Part shown: piece after piece, positions 11,601 through 23,809 of the stretch
Position numbering within the stretch: position 1 is the first letter of the stretch
How the letters are laid out: every line of letters starts with the position of its first letter
Program-made: the position numbers and the translations under genes
Assembly: GCA_032718475.1 (NCBI GenBank)
Contig: JAUCBJ010005145.1
Location: forward strand, 1 to 36,043
Origin: Nemertoderma westbladi
Taxonomy: Eukaryota; Animalia; Xenacoelomorpha
Direction of reading: 5' to 3'
DNA: 36,043 nt
Notes under the pieces: generated by a model
Database searches by the model: none
What the model saw: only the letters and a program-made list of their open reading frames with translations
What the model was told of the DNA's origin: nothing

Positions 11601-14600
11601 ATGATGAATACATTTCGTGTGTGACAGCGTGTGTAGTAAAGTAATGGTGAAAACATTTCGTGTGTGACAGCGTGTGTAGTAAAGTAATGGTGAGAAAAAA
11701 ACGTGTGTGACGGCGTGTGTAGTAAAGTAATGGTGAAAACATTTCGTGTGTGACAGCGTGTGTAGTAAAGTAATGGTGTAAACATTTCGTGTGTGACGGC
11801 GTGTGTAGTAAAGTAATGGTGAAAACATTTCGTGTGTGACAGCGTGTGTAGTAAAGTAATGGTGAAAACATTTCGTGTGTGACAGCGTGTGTAGTAAAGT
11901 AATGGTGAAAACATTTCGTGTGTGACGGCGTGTGTAGTAAAGTAATGGTGAAAACATTTCGTGTGTGACGGCGTGTGTAGTAAAGTAATGGTGAAAACAT
12001 TTCGTGTGTGACAGCGTGTGTAGTAAAGTAATGATGAATACATTTCGTGTGTGACAGCGTGTTTAGTAAAGTAATGATGAATACATTTCGTGTGTGACAG
12101 CGTGTGTAGTAAAGTAATGGTGAAAACATTTCGTGTGTGACAGCGTGTGTAGTAAAGTAATGCTGAGAAAAAAAGGTGTGTGACGGCGTGTGTAGTAAAG
12201 TAATGGTGAAAACATTTCGTGTGTGACAGCGTGTGTAGTAAAGTAATGATGAATACATTTCGTGTGTGACAGCGTGTTTAGTAAAGTAATGATGAATACA
12301 TTTCGTGTGTGACGGCGTGTGTAGTAAAGTAATGGTGAAAACATTTCGTGAGTGACAGCGTGTGTAGTAAAGTAATGGTGAAAACATTTCGTGTGTGACA
12401 GCGTGTGTAGTAAAGTAATGGTAAAAACATTTCGTGTGTGACAGCGTGTGAAGTAAAGTAATGGTGAAAACATTTCGTGTGTAGTAAAGTAATGGTGAAA
12501 ACATTTCGTGTGTGACAGCGTGTGTAGTAAAGTAATGATGAATACATTTCGTGTGTGACAGCGTGTGTAGTAAAGTAATGGTGAGAAAAAAACGTGTGTG
12601 ACGGCGTGTGTAGTAAAGTAATGGTGAAAACATTTCGTGTGTAGTAAAGTAATGGTGAAAACATTTCGTGTGTGACAGCGTGTGAAGTAAAGTAATGGTG
12701 AAAACATTTCGTGTGTAGTAAAGTAATGGTGAAAACATTTCGTGTGTGACAGCGTGTGTAGTAAAGTAATGGTGAAAACATTTCGTGTGTGACAGCGTGT
12801 GTAGTAAAGTAATGGTGAAAACATTTCGTGTGTGACAGCGTGTGTAGTAAAGTAATGGTGAAAACATTTCGTGTGTGACAGCGTGTGAAGTAAAGTAATG
12901 GTGAAAACATTTCGTGTGTAGTAAAGTAATGGTGAAAACATTTCGTGTGTGACAGCGTGTGTAGTAAAGTAATGGTGAGAAAAAAACGTGTGTGACGGCG
13001 TGTGTAGTAAAGTAATGGTGAAAACATTTCGTGTGTGACAGCGTGTGTAGTAAAGTAATGGTGTAAACATTTCGTGTGTGACGGCGTGTGTAGTAAAGTA
13101 ATGGTGAAAACATTTCGTGTGTGACAGCGTGTGTAGTAAAGTAATGGTGAAAACATTTCGTGTGTGACAGCGTGTGTAGTAAAGTAATGGTGAAAACATT
13201 TCGTGTGTGACGGCGTGTGTAGTAAAGTAATGGTGAAAACATTTCGTGTGTGACAGCGTGTGTAGTAAAGTAATGGTGAAAACATTTCGTGTGTGACAGC
13301 GTGTGTAGTAAAGTAATGGTGAATACATTTCGTGTGTGACAGCGTGTGTAGTAAAGTAATGGTGAAAACATTTCGTGTGTGACAGCGTGTGTAGTAAAGT
13401 AATGGTGAATACATTTCGTGTGTGACAGCGTGTGTATTAAAGTAATGGTGAAAACATTTCGTGTTTGACAGCGTGTGTAGTAAAGTAATGATGAAAACAT
13501 TTCGTGTGTGACAGCGTGTGTAGTAAAGTAATGGTGAAAACATTTCGTGTGTGACAGCGTGTGTAGTAAAGTAATGGTGAAAACAGTTCGTGTGTGACAG
13601 CGTGTGTAGTAAAGTAATGGTGAAAACATTTCGTGTGTAGTAAAGTAATGGTGAAAACATTTCGTGTGTGACAGCGTGTGTAGTAAAGTAATGATGAATA
13701 CATTTCGTGTGTGACAGCATATGTAGTAAAGTAATGGTGAAAACATTTCGTGTGTGACAGCGTGTGTAGTAAATTAATGGTGAAAACATTTCGTGTGTGA
13801 CAGCGTGTGTAGTAAATTAATGGTGAAAACATTTCGTGTGTAGTAAAGTAATGGTGAAAACATTTCGTGTGTGACAGCGTGTGTAGTAAAGTGATGATGA
13901 ATACATTTCGTGTGTGACAGCGTGTTTAGTAAAGTAATGATGAATACATTTCGTGTGTGACAGCGTGTGTAGTAAAGTAATGGTGAAAACATTTCGTGTG
14001 TGACAGCGTGTGTAGTAAAGTAATGGTGAGAAAAAAACGTGTGTGACGGCGTGTGTAGTAAAGTAATGGTGAAAACATTTCGTGTGTGACAGCGTGTGTA
14101 GTAAAGTAATGGTGTAAACATTTCGTGTGTGACGGCGTGTGTAGTAAAGTAATGGTGAAAACATTTCGTGTGTGACAGCGTGTGTAGTAAAGTAATGGTG
14201 AAAACATTTCGTGTGTGACAGCGTGTGTAGTAAAGTAATGGTGAAAACATTTCGTGTGTGACAGCATGTGTCGTAAAGTAATGGTGAATACATTTCGTGT
14301 GTGACAGCATGTGTCGTAAAGTAATGGTGAATACATTTCGTGTGTGACAGCGTGTTCAGTAAAGTAATGGTGTAAACATTTCGTGTGTGACGGCGTGTGT
14401 AGTAAAGTAATGGTGAAAACATTTCGTGTGTGACAGCGTGTGTAGTAAATTAATGGTGAAAACATTTCGTGTGTGACAGCGTGTGTAGTAAAGTAATGGT
14501 GAAAACATTTCGTGTGTAGTAAAGTAATGGTGAAAACATTTCGTGTGTGACAGCGTGTGTAGTAAAGTAATGGTGAAAACATTTCGTGTGTGACAGCGTG

Positions 14601-17600
14601 TGTAGTAAAGTAATGGTGAAAACATTTCGTGTGTGACAGCGTGTGTAGTAAAGTAATGGTGAAAACATTTCGTGTGTGACAGCGTGTGTAGTAAAGTAAT
14701 GGTGAAAACATTTCGTGTGTGACAGCGTGGGTAGTAAAGTAATGGTGAAAACATTTCGTGTGTGACAGCGTGTGTAGTAAAGTAATGGTGAAAACATTTC
14801 TTGTGTGACAGCGTGTGTAGTAAAGTAATGGTGAAAACATTTCGTGTGTGACAGCGTGTGTAGTAAAGTAATGGTGAAAACATTTCGTGTGTGACAGCAT
14901 GTGTCGTAAAGTAATGGTGAATACATTTCGTGTGTGACAGCATGTGTCGTAAAGTAATGGTGAATACATTTCGTGTGTGACAGCGTGTTCAGTAAAGTAA
15001 TGGTGTAAACATTTCGTGTGTGACGGCGTGTGTAGTAAAGTAATGGTGAAAACATTTCGTGTGTGACAGCGTGTGTAGTAAATTAATGGTGAAAACATTT
15101 CGTGTGTGACAGCGTGTGTAGTAAAGTAATGGTGAAAACATTTCGTGTGTAGTAAAGTAATGGTGAAAACATTTCGTGTGTGACAGCGTGTGTAGTAAAG
15201 TAATGGTGAAAACATTTCGTGTGTGACAGCGTGTGTAGTAAAGTAATGGTGAAAACATTTCGTGTGTGACAGCGTGTGTAGTAAAGTAATGGTGAAAACA
15301 TTTCGTGTGTGACAGCGTGTGTAGTAAAGTAATGGTGAAAACATTTCGTGTGTGACAGCGTGGGTAGTAAAGTAATGGTGAAAACATTTCGTGTGTGACA
15401 GCGTGTGTAGTAAAGTAATGGTGAAAACATTTCTTGTGTGACAGCGTGTGTAGTAAAGTAATGGTGAAAACATTTCGTGTGTGACAGCGTGTGTAGTAAA
15501 GTAATGATGAATACATTTCGTGTGTGACAGCGTGTTTAGTAAAGTAATGATGAATACATTTCGTGTGTGACGGCGTGTGTAGTAAAGTAATGGTGAAAAC
15601 ATTTCGTGAGTGACAGCGTGTGTAGTAAAGTAATGGTGAAAACATTTCGTGTGTGACAGCGTGTGTAGTAAAGTAATGGTAAAAACATTTCGTGTGTGAC
15701 AGCGTGTGAAGTAAAGTAATGGTGAAAACATTTCGTGTGTAGTAAAGTAATGGTGAAAACATTTCGTGTGTGACAGCGTGTGTAGTAAAGTAATGATGAA
15801 TACATTTCGTGTGTGACAGCGTGTGTAGTAAAGTAATGGTGAGAAAAAAACGTGTGTGACGGCGTGTGTAGTAAAGTAATGGTGAAAACATTTCGTGTGT
15901 AGTAAAGTAATGGTGAAAACATTTCGTGTGTGACAGCGTGTGAAGTAAAGTAATGGTGAAAACATTTCGTGTGTAGTAAAGTAATGGTGAAAACATTTCG
16001 TGTGTGACAGCGTGTGTAGTAAAGTAATGGTGAAAACATTTCGTGTGTGACAGCGTGTGTAGTAAAGTAATGGTGAAAACATTTCGTGTGTGACAGCGTG
16101 TGTAGTAAAGTAATGGTGAAAACATTTCGTGTGTGACAGCGTGTGAAGTAAAGTAATGGTGAAAACATTTCGTGTGTAGTAAAGTAATGGTGAAAACATT
16201 TCGTGTGTGACAGCGTGTGTAGTAAAGTAATGGTGAGAAAAAAACGTGTGTGACGGCGTGTGTAGTAAAGTAATGGTGAAAACATTTCGTGTGTGACAGC
16301 GTGTGTAGTAAAGTAATGGTGTAAACATTTCGTGTGTGACGGCGTGTGTAGTAAAGTAATGGTGAAAACATTTCGTGTGTGACAGCGTGTGTAGTAAAGT
16401 AATGGTGAAAACATTTCGTGTGTGACAGCGTGTGTAGTAAAGTAATGGTGAAAACATTTCGTGTGTGACGGCGTGTGTAGTAAAGTAATGGTGAAAACAT
16501 TTCGTGTGTGACAGCGTGTGTAGTAAAGTAATGGTGAAAACATTTCGTGTGTGACAGCGTGTGTAGTAAAGTAATGGTGAATACATTTCGTGTGTGACAG
16601 CGTGTGTAGTAAAGTAATGGTGAAAACATTTCGTGTGTGACAGCGTGTGTAGTAAAGTAATGGTGAATACATTTCGTGTGTGACAGCGTGTGTATTAAAG
16701 TAATGGTGAAAACATTTCGTGTTTGACAGCGTGTGTAGTAAAGTAATGATGAAAACATTTCGTGTGTGACAGCGTGTGTAGTAAAGTAATGGTGAAAACA
16801 TTTCGTGTGTGACAGCGTGTGTAGTAAAGTAATGGTGAAAACAGTTCGTGTGTGACAGCGTGTGTAGTAAAGTAATGGTGAAAACATTTCGTGTGTAGTA
16901 AAGTAATGGTGAAAACATTTCGTGTGTGACAGCGTGTGTAGTAAAGTAATGATGAATACATTTCGTGTGTGACAGCATATGTAGTAAAGTAATGGTGAAA
17001 ACATTTCGTGTGTGACAGCGTGTGTAGTAAATTAATGGTGAAAACATTTCGTGTGTGACAGCGTGTGTAGTAAATTAATGGTGAAAACATTTCGTGTGTA
17101 GTAAAGTAATGGTGAAAACATTTCGTGTGTGACAGCGTGTGTAGTAAAGTGATGATGAATACATTTCGTGTGTGACAGCGTGTTTAGTAAAGTAATGATG
17201 AATACATTTCGTGTGTGACAGCGTGTGTAGTAAAGTAATGGTGAAAACATTTCGTGTGTGACAGCGTGTGTAGTAAAGTAATGGTGAGAAAAAAACGTGT
17301 GTGACGGCGTGTGTAGTAAAGTAATGGTGAAAACATTTCGTGTGTGACAGCGTGTGTAGTAAAGTAATGGTGTAAACATTTCGTGTGTGACGGCGTGTGT
17401 AGTAAAGTAATGGTGAAAACATTTCGTGTGTGACAGCGTGTGTAGTAAAGTAATGGTGAAAACATTTCGTGTGTGACAGCGTGTGTAGTAAAGTAATGGT
17501 GAAAACATTTCGTGTGTGACAGCATGTGTCGTAAAGTAATGGTGAATACATTTCGTGTGTGACAGCATGTGTCGTAAAGTAATGGTGAATACATTTCGTG

Positions 17601-19296
17601 TGTGACAGCGTGTTCAGTAAAGTAATGGTGTAAACATTTCGTGTGTGACGGCGTGTGTAGTAAAGTAATGGTGAAAACATTTCGTGTGTGACAGCGTGTG
17701 TAGTAAATTAATGGTGAAAACATTTCGTGTGTGACAGCGTGTGTAGTAAAGTAATGGTGAAAACATTTCGTGTGTAGTAAAGTAATGGTGAAAACATTTC
17801 GTGTGTGACAGCGTGTGTAGTAAAGTAATGGTGAAAACATTTCGTGTGTGACAGCGTGTGTAGTAAAGTAATGGTGAAAACATTTCGTGTGTGACAGCGT
17901 GTGTAGTAAAGTAATGGTGAAAACATTTCGTGTGTGACAGCGTGTGTAGTAAAGTAATGGTGAAAACATTTCGTGTGTGACAGCGTGGGTAGTAAAGTAA
18001 TGGTGAAAACATTTCGTGTGTGACAGCGTGTGTAGTAAAGTAATGGTGAAAACATTTCTTGTGTGACAGCGTGTGTAGTAAAGTAATGGTGAAAACATTT
18101 CGTGTGTGACAGCGTGTGTAGTAAAGTAATGGTGAAAACATTTCGTGTGTGACAGCATGTGTCGTAAAGTAATGGTGAATACATTTCGTGTGTGACAGCA
18201 TGTGTCGTAAAGTAATGGTGAATACATTTCGTGTGTGACAGCGTGTTCAGTAAAGTAATGGTGTAAACATTTCGTGTGTGACGGCGTGTGTAGTAAAGTA
18301 ATGGTGAAAACATTTCGTGTGTGACAGCGTGTGTAGTAAATTAATGGTGAAAACATTTCGTGTGTGACAGCGTGTGTAGTAAAGTAATGGTGAAAACATT
18401 TCGTGTGTAGTAAAGTAATGGTGAAAACATTTCGTGTGTGACAGCGTGTGTAGTAAAGTAATGGTGAAAACATTTCGTGTGTGACAGCGTGTGTAGTAAA
18501 GTAATGGTGAAAACATTTCGTGTGTGACAGCGTGTGTAGTAAAGTAATGGTGAAAACATTTCGTGTGTGACAGCGTGTGTAGTAAAGTAATGGTGAAAAC
18601 ATTTCGTGTGTGACAGCGTGGGTAGTAAAGTAATGGTGAAAACATTTCGTGTGTGACAGCGTGTGTAGTAAAGTAATGGTGAAAACATTTCTTGTGTGAC
18701 AGCGTGTGTAGTAAAGTAATGGTGAAAACATTTCGTGTGTGACAGCGTGTGTAGTAAAGTAATGGTGAAAACATTTCGTGTGTGACAGCGTGTGTAGTAA
18801 AGTAATGGTGAAAACATTTCGTGTGTGACAGCGTGTGTAGTAAAGTAATGGTGAAAACATTTCGTGTGTGACGGCGTGTGTAGTAAAGTAATGGTGAAAA
18901 CATTTCGTGTGTGACAGCGTGTGTAGTAAAGTAATGGTGAAAACATTTCGTGTTTGACAGCGTGGGTAGTAAAGTAATGGTGAAAACATTTCGTGTGTGA
19001 CAGCTTGTGTAGTAAAGTAATGGTGAAAACATTTCGTGTGTGACAGCGTGTGTAGTAAAGTAATGGTGAAAACATTTCGTGTGTGACAGCGTGTGTAGTA
19101 AAGTAATGGTGAAAACATTTCGTGTGTGACAGCGTGTGTAGTAAAGTAATGGTGAATACATTTCGTGTGTGACAGCGTGTGTAGTAAAGTAATGGTGAAT
19201 ACATTTCGTGTGTGACAGCGTGTGTAGTAAAGTAATGGTGAAAACATTTCGTGTGTGACAGCGTGTGTAGTAAAGTAATAGTGAAAACATTTCGTG
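2615..19296. repeat. Tandem satellite array, 43-bp monomer TGTGACAGCGTGTGTAGTAAAGTAATGGTGAAAACATTTCGTG, roughly 390-400 copies, with 31-bp deletion monomers
   Basis: Head-to-tail near-identical monomers visible directly over about 16.7 kb, with no unique spacers. 31-bp monomers lacking a 12-bp GTGACAGCGTGT segment appear from about 6440 onward. Copy number is estimated from length. Confidence 0.99.
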
Positions 19297-19461
19297 AAAA
19301 TTACAGTTAATTTTTAATTCTGCTACAGTATTTATTGATACATCAAGGAAAGCCAACAAATTGATTATAGGATTTATTCTAGAATCTTAGATTTATTCTA
19401 GAATTTTTGCTTGCTTTTGACAAATCTTAGTTTCAAATAAAAATTAGTATATATATTATAT

Positions 19462-22305
19462 GCCCGCCCCCCATAGGCACTAGTGTGTTATAGGTACACC
19501 CCCCCTCAAATTTGTTTTACTAGCTAGTTTCTGCTATTTCTCTTTATAAACATGTTCTAGAACATGTTAGCTATTAAAATATATATATATATATGTTCTA
19601 GAATAAATATTTTTTGTTCTAGAACAATTTAAAAAAAAATTAAAAAAATTAATGTACTATTTTTATTTTTTAATAATGTTCTAGAACATGTTAGCTATTC
19701 AGAACTAGAAAAAAAAAGTTCTAGAACAAATAGTTTTTGTTCTAGAACAGTTCAAAAAATATAATTTTTTTTTTTATTTTATTAAGAATTAGTTTCATAT
19801 AATTTTTAATCTTTTCTGGCAAGATGGGTTTGGGGGGGGGGGGGGGGGGTAGCTAGTAGTTTTTTAATAGCTAATTAAAATTAACAAAATTTACTGTATT
19901 GAGTTACCGGTACCGGTACTGTATTTACTGTATTAATTAATGATATGCTTAGAATACGTATACTGTATAATATTTATCATTTAGCAGACAGCGGGTAATA
20001 GTTTCTGATCAAATCCAACAGAGCAGAAGATGGGTTTTCTTTGTGTAGAAGCGCTCAAATCTTAGCTATAGAAATTCGATTATTCTAGAAAATTCACTTT
20101 CCTTGACATCAAATAAAACATAACTAACAAAAATAATAAAATTTGTAAGCGTTTTTTAAAATTTGTTCTAGAACAAAAAATATTTGTTCTAGAACATTTT
20201 GTGATTTTTTTCAAATGTATCTCATGTTCTAGAACGTTTCATAAAAATAAATAGCAAAAACTAGGTATAGCTAGTAAAAAAATTTGAGGGGGGTGTACAC
20301 ACTAGTACCCCCCCCCCCCCATATTCAGATTTTTTTACTAGCTATTTTAAAGCAGTTTTTTTTAGAACATTATATTAATGTTCTAGAACATATCCCGTGG
20401 CAAACAAATATATTTATTTTTTATGGTAGCGGTAGCTAGTATTTTTTGTTTAGCTAGTGATTTAAAAAAATTTACTGGCTATATTTAAGCGCAGCTTTAT
20501 TTCTTTCAAAAATGGAATTGAAAAGTGTAAAAGAAAATCAAATACTGGAATTACCTGTACATGGTTTATTTATAGGCCTAGAACTGCATTTTTAAAACAT
20601 ATGTCATTGTTACTATGGCAACATTGTAGAGTTCTAGAACAATAGAAAAGTATTATATACTATTCTAGAACATAAATAAAATAAAAAATATAATGTTCTA
20701 GAACATATAGCTAGTTTTTTTTTAATTTTAAAATAGCTAGTAAATTAAAAAAATATCTAATTTGGTAGATACATTTTCTAATAAATAAATAATATAAATA
20801 AATAAAAATTTTTGTATTACTACCGGTAGCTATTTTAAATTTGAAAAATAACTAGCTATATGTTCTAGAACATTATATTATTTGTATTATTTATGCTCTA
20901 CAGTAGAATATTGTCACATAATACATATAATATTACATAAATAAAATAAAAATTTATAATGTTCTAAAACATATAGCTAGTTTTTTTTTAATTTTAAAAT
21001 AGCTAGTTTTTTTTTAATTTTAAAATAGCTAGTAAATTTAACAAATAATACAATTTGGTACCGGTAGATAAATTTTTTAATAATAATATATAAATAAATT
21101 TTTTTTTATTACTAGCTATTTGAAATTTAAAAATAACTAGCTATATTTTCTAGAACAATGATTTTTTTATTTGATTTTTGTTCTAGAATAGTGTATATTA
21201 TATATTTTTTCTTCTAGAACTCTTCACTGTTGCCATGATAACAATGATTTATGTTATAAAAATGGGATAGTTCTTTTTACAGAACACAGCAGAACACAGT
21301 AGAACACAGCAGAACACAATAGAATACAGGCGGAACATAGGCGAACATAGCTGTAATTAAAATCTACACCAAAAAATAACACACTTGGGAAAGTACCGGA
21401 CTTAATCATACAACTGTAAGATGTCAATTACATATTTAAATTAAATGGCGGTTTTCCATATCCTCCAAAATAAATTACCTGATCAGAGTTGCCCGATCAG
21501 CTGTTCGGTTAGGCCTGTACCTGTTACTAGTCCAGCAGTCTGCCTGTCAGCCTGTTCCAGTACTGCAGTAGGCCTAGTGCTGTAGAGACATGTTCAGACA
21601 GACAGATGTAGGCATTTACCGGCAATTACCGGGCACAGTGTAGAGTATATTACCAATGTACTGATGTAGGCCTACTCAGCTACCGGTACTGTACTGCTGT
21701 AGAACTAACCAACTCTCCATGGTTACAGGATGATGAGAAGTAATTTATTTTGGAGGATATGGAAACCGCCATTTAATTTAAATATGTAATTGACATCTTA
21801 CAGTTGTATGATTAAATCCGGTACTTTCCCAAGTGTGTTATTTTTTGGTGTAGATTTTAATTACAGCTGTGTTCGCCTATGTTCCGCCTGTATTCTATTG
21901 TGTTCTGCTGTGTTCTACTGTGTTCTGCTGTGTTCTGTAAAAAGATATATCCATAAAAATGCAGTTCTATACGGAACTGTTACCAGAAAGAAATAAAAGC
22001 AACCTACAGTACCCTGTTGATTAAATCAAATACGCGTTCTAGAACATTTATAAAAAAGTTGAAAAAACTAGTTAGTATAAAAAATGTGTTCTAGAACAAA
22101 ATATTTATCAAAATTGATAACTAGCAGATGTTCTGTAACATAAAAAATTTCCACGTTTTAAAAATGTTCTACAACAAAATATAACTTGTTCTAGATCATA
22201 ATTTAAAAAAACTATTATGAAATGTTGTAGAACACTTTACACAAACACTATCACAGCTAGCAAACTTGTACATTTTTTGTATGAAATTAAAATGGTGGGA
22301 CGGGC
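19462..22305. repeat. AT-rich nested foldback region built from GTTCTAGAAC and TAGCTA palindromes (probable non-autonomous DNA transposon or transposons)
   Basis: Many copies of (G)TTCTAGAA(C). Inverted pairs at 19479-19566/20223-20306 and 20580-20740/21110-21264. Poly-G at 19832-19849 and poly-C at 20308-20320. Outer boundaries are uncertain. Confidence 0.6.
21265..21952. mobile_element. 688-bp non-autonomous Mutator-like (MULE-type) MITE with ~214-bp TIRs and 9-bp TSD ATAAAAATG
   Basis: 21265-21478 is the near-perfect reverse complement of 21740-21952, with ends GGATA...TATCC. ATAAAAATG lies directly on both sides (21256-21264 and 21953-21961). Long G-initiated TIRs with a 9-bp TSD are typical of Mutator/Foldback elements. 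Confidence 0.88.
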
Positions 22306-22827
22306 GGAACTCTAGCCGTTATAGTCTAATAGTAGGCCAAGATTCTACGCTCAAGATGGCTAGTAAATGGCAGTTGCGTGGCCTAATGCTCTACAGTAAA
22401 TGTATTGCCCTAAATAGTTCTACAAAATAGGCAATAGTACCATACCGTACCGCTTTGTAAAACAACTTTTTGAGTAGTTTTACGCCGCGTTTTCTTACGG
22501 CAGAGAAAATATTCTAGAATTATATAATTAAATGGTAACCCAGGTAATTATAGTAATGATGATTGATGACATCATATTCAACCCCCTCAGAAATATAGAT
22601 AAATATTAATAGGTATGAAAATAAGACGATTTTTAAGGGACGTGTAAGAAAGGGGGCGATAATCAAGAGAAAGCCCATCGAATGACGAAGAAAAAATTTA
22701 CATTACAAACTGGTATGTCTACATGTATAGTGTAAAGTATTAATTACTAAATTAGGAACAACTCACTACATGATGGGACGAACCACGATGTATGGTGAAT
22801 CCTTACCCCCATTGCATTATAAATTAA

Positions 22828-22851
22828 CTAGAGACGGGCCTAGCGGCCCGT
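22828..22851 (-). mobile_element. Helitron/Helentron-type terminus remnant (GC hairpin followed by CTAG|T)
   Basis: Minus strand reads ACGGGCC-GCTA-GGCCCGT-CT-CTAG-TTAATTT: a perfect 7-bp stem followed by CTAG and a T-rich flank. The hairpin is closer to CTAG than in canonical Helitrons. Confidence 0.4.
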
Positions 22852-23278
22852 GAAGCAAGTCGTAGGAGACGATCCGAGTCAAGTAAAAGCTTTTTGTTCG
22901 GTCTGATAATAAATTCGTGTGAGGGTAGTCCCGGTGGTGTACGATAAATTTTCTAGACAACTTCAAACTATAATTAATCATCTAATGAATTATAAAAGCT
23001 GTTGCAGCTCCCTTACTGGTAACTAATTACTCTTATCTATATCCAGACAGCTTTATCATTGACTTTTGACCCCTAATTAGCTTTACACAAGCAGCACGTT
23101 TTTAATATTACTTGTATCCAAGCACCCCACCCCCTCTCATGACACCTCTGATTACTAATTACTCTTACCTATTTATTTATTTATTTCATATTTATTCCAG
23201 ATAATTCCAATATATATATATGAATATATATAGACATCCATAAACTACAGTAAATATTAGAAATAGCACATTTTGCCT

Positions 23279-23755
23279 ATATCCAGCCGTCTGGAGTTCT
23301 ATAGTCTGCCGCTAGAGGGCGTATTATCTAAAAATTAACATCTTCTCTAACTTTGTTATTTTCATTCCGATTAGGTTTAAACTCGGTAGGCATCTACTAC
23401 GGCATAGGCTATATCTTTTACGGAGTCGCAGAGTAGTCTGAAGTTCCCCCGTCTGCTATTGGAGGGCGTATTATTTGAAAATTAACATCTTCTCTAACTT
23501 TGTTATTTTTAATCCCCTTAGGTTTAAACTCGGTAGGCATCTACTATATCATAGGCTATATATTTTACGGAGTCGCAGAATAGTCTGAAGTTCCACAGTC
23601 TGCCGCTAGAAGGTGAAATGTCTCAAAGTGAAAACCGGATCTCATTTTATTGTTTTTAAACCATTTAGGCTGAAACTTGGTAGACATCTACTATGGCATA
23701 GGCTTACTTTACCGAGGAGGTTGATCGACCCGCAGTTCTCCAGTCTGCCGCTAAT
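23279..23755. repeat. ~146-bp tandem modules in the left arm (three units plus a partial)
   Basis: A GTCTGCCGCTA-type anchor recurs near 23309, 23455, 23603 and 23748. Mirror copies in the right arm lie at 27611, 27757 and 27904. Confidence 0.85.
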
Positions 23756-23809
23756 GACTCGGATTTAGTACCTGAGGCACTCCTAAAGCCTCGAGTTTTA
23801 GGTTTGAGC

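Noticed and set aside
2615-19296. CRISPR array
   Set aside because: Monomers are contiguous with no unique spacers, there are no cas genes, and the context is eukaryotic.
2525-19359. Dozens of long His/Thr-rich minus-strand ORFs as genes
   Set aside because: They are translations of the 43-bp satellite, give the same peptide in all three frames, and are broken by recurrent variant stops.
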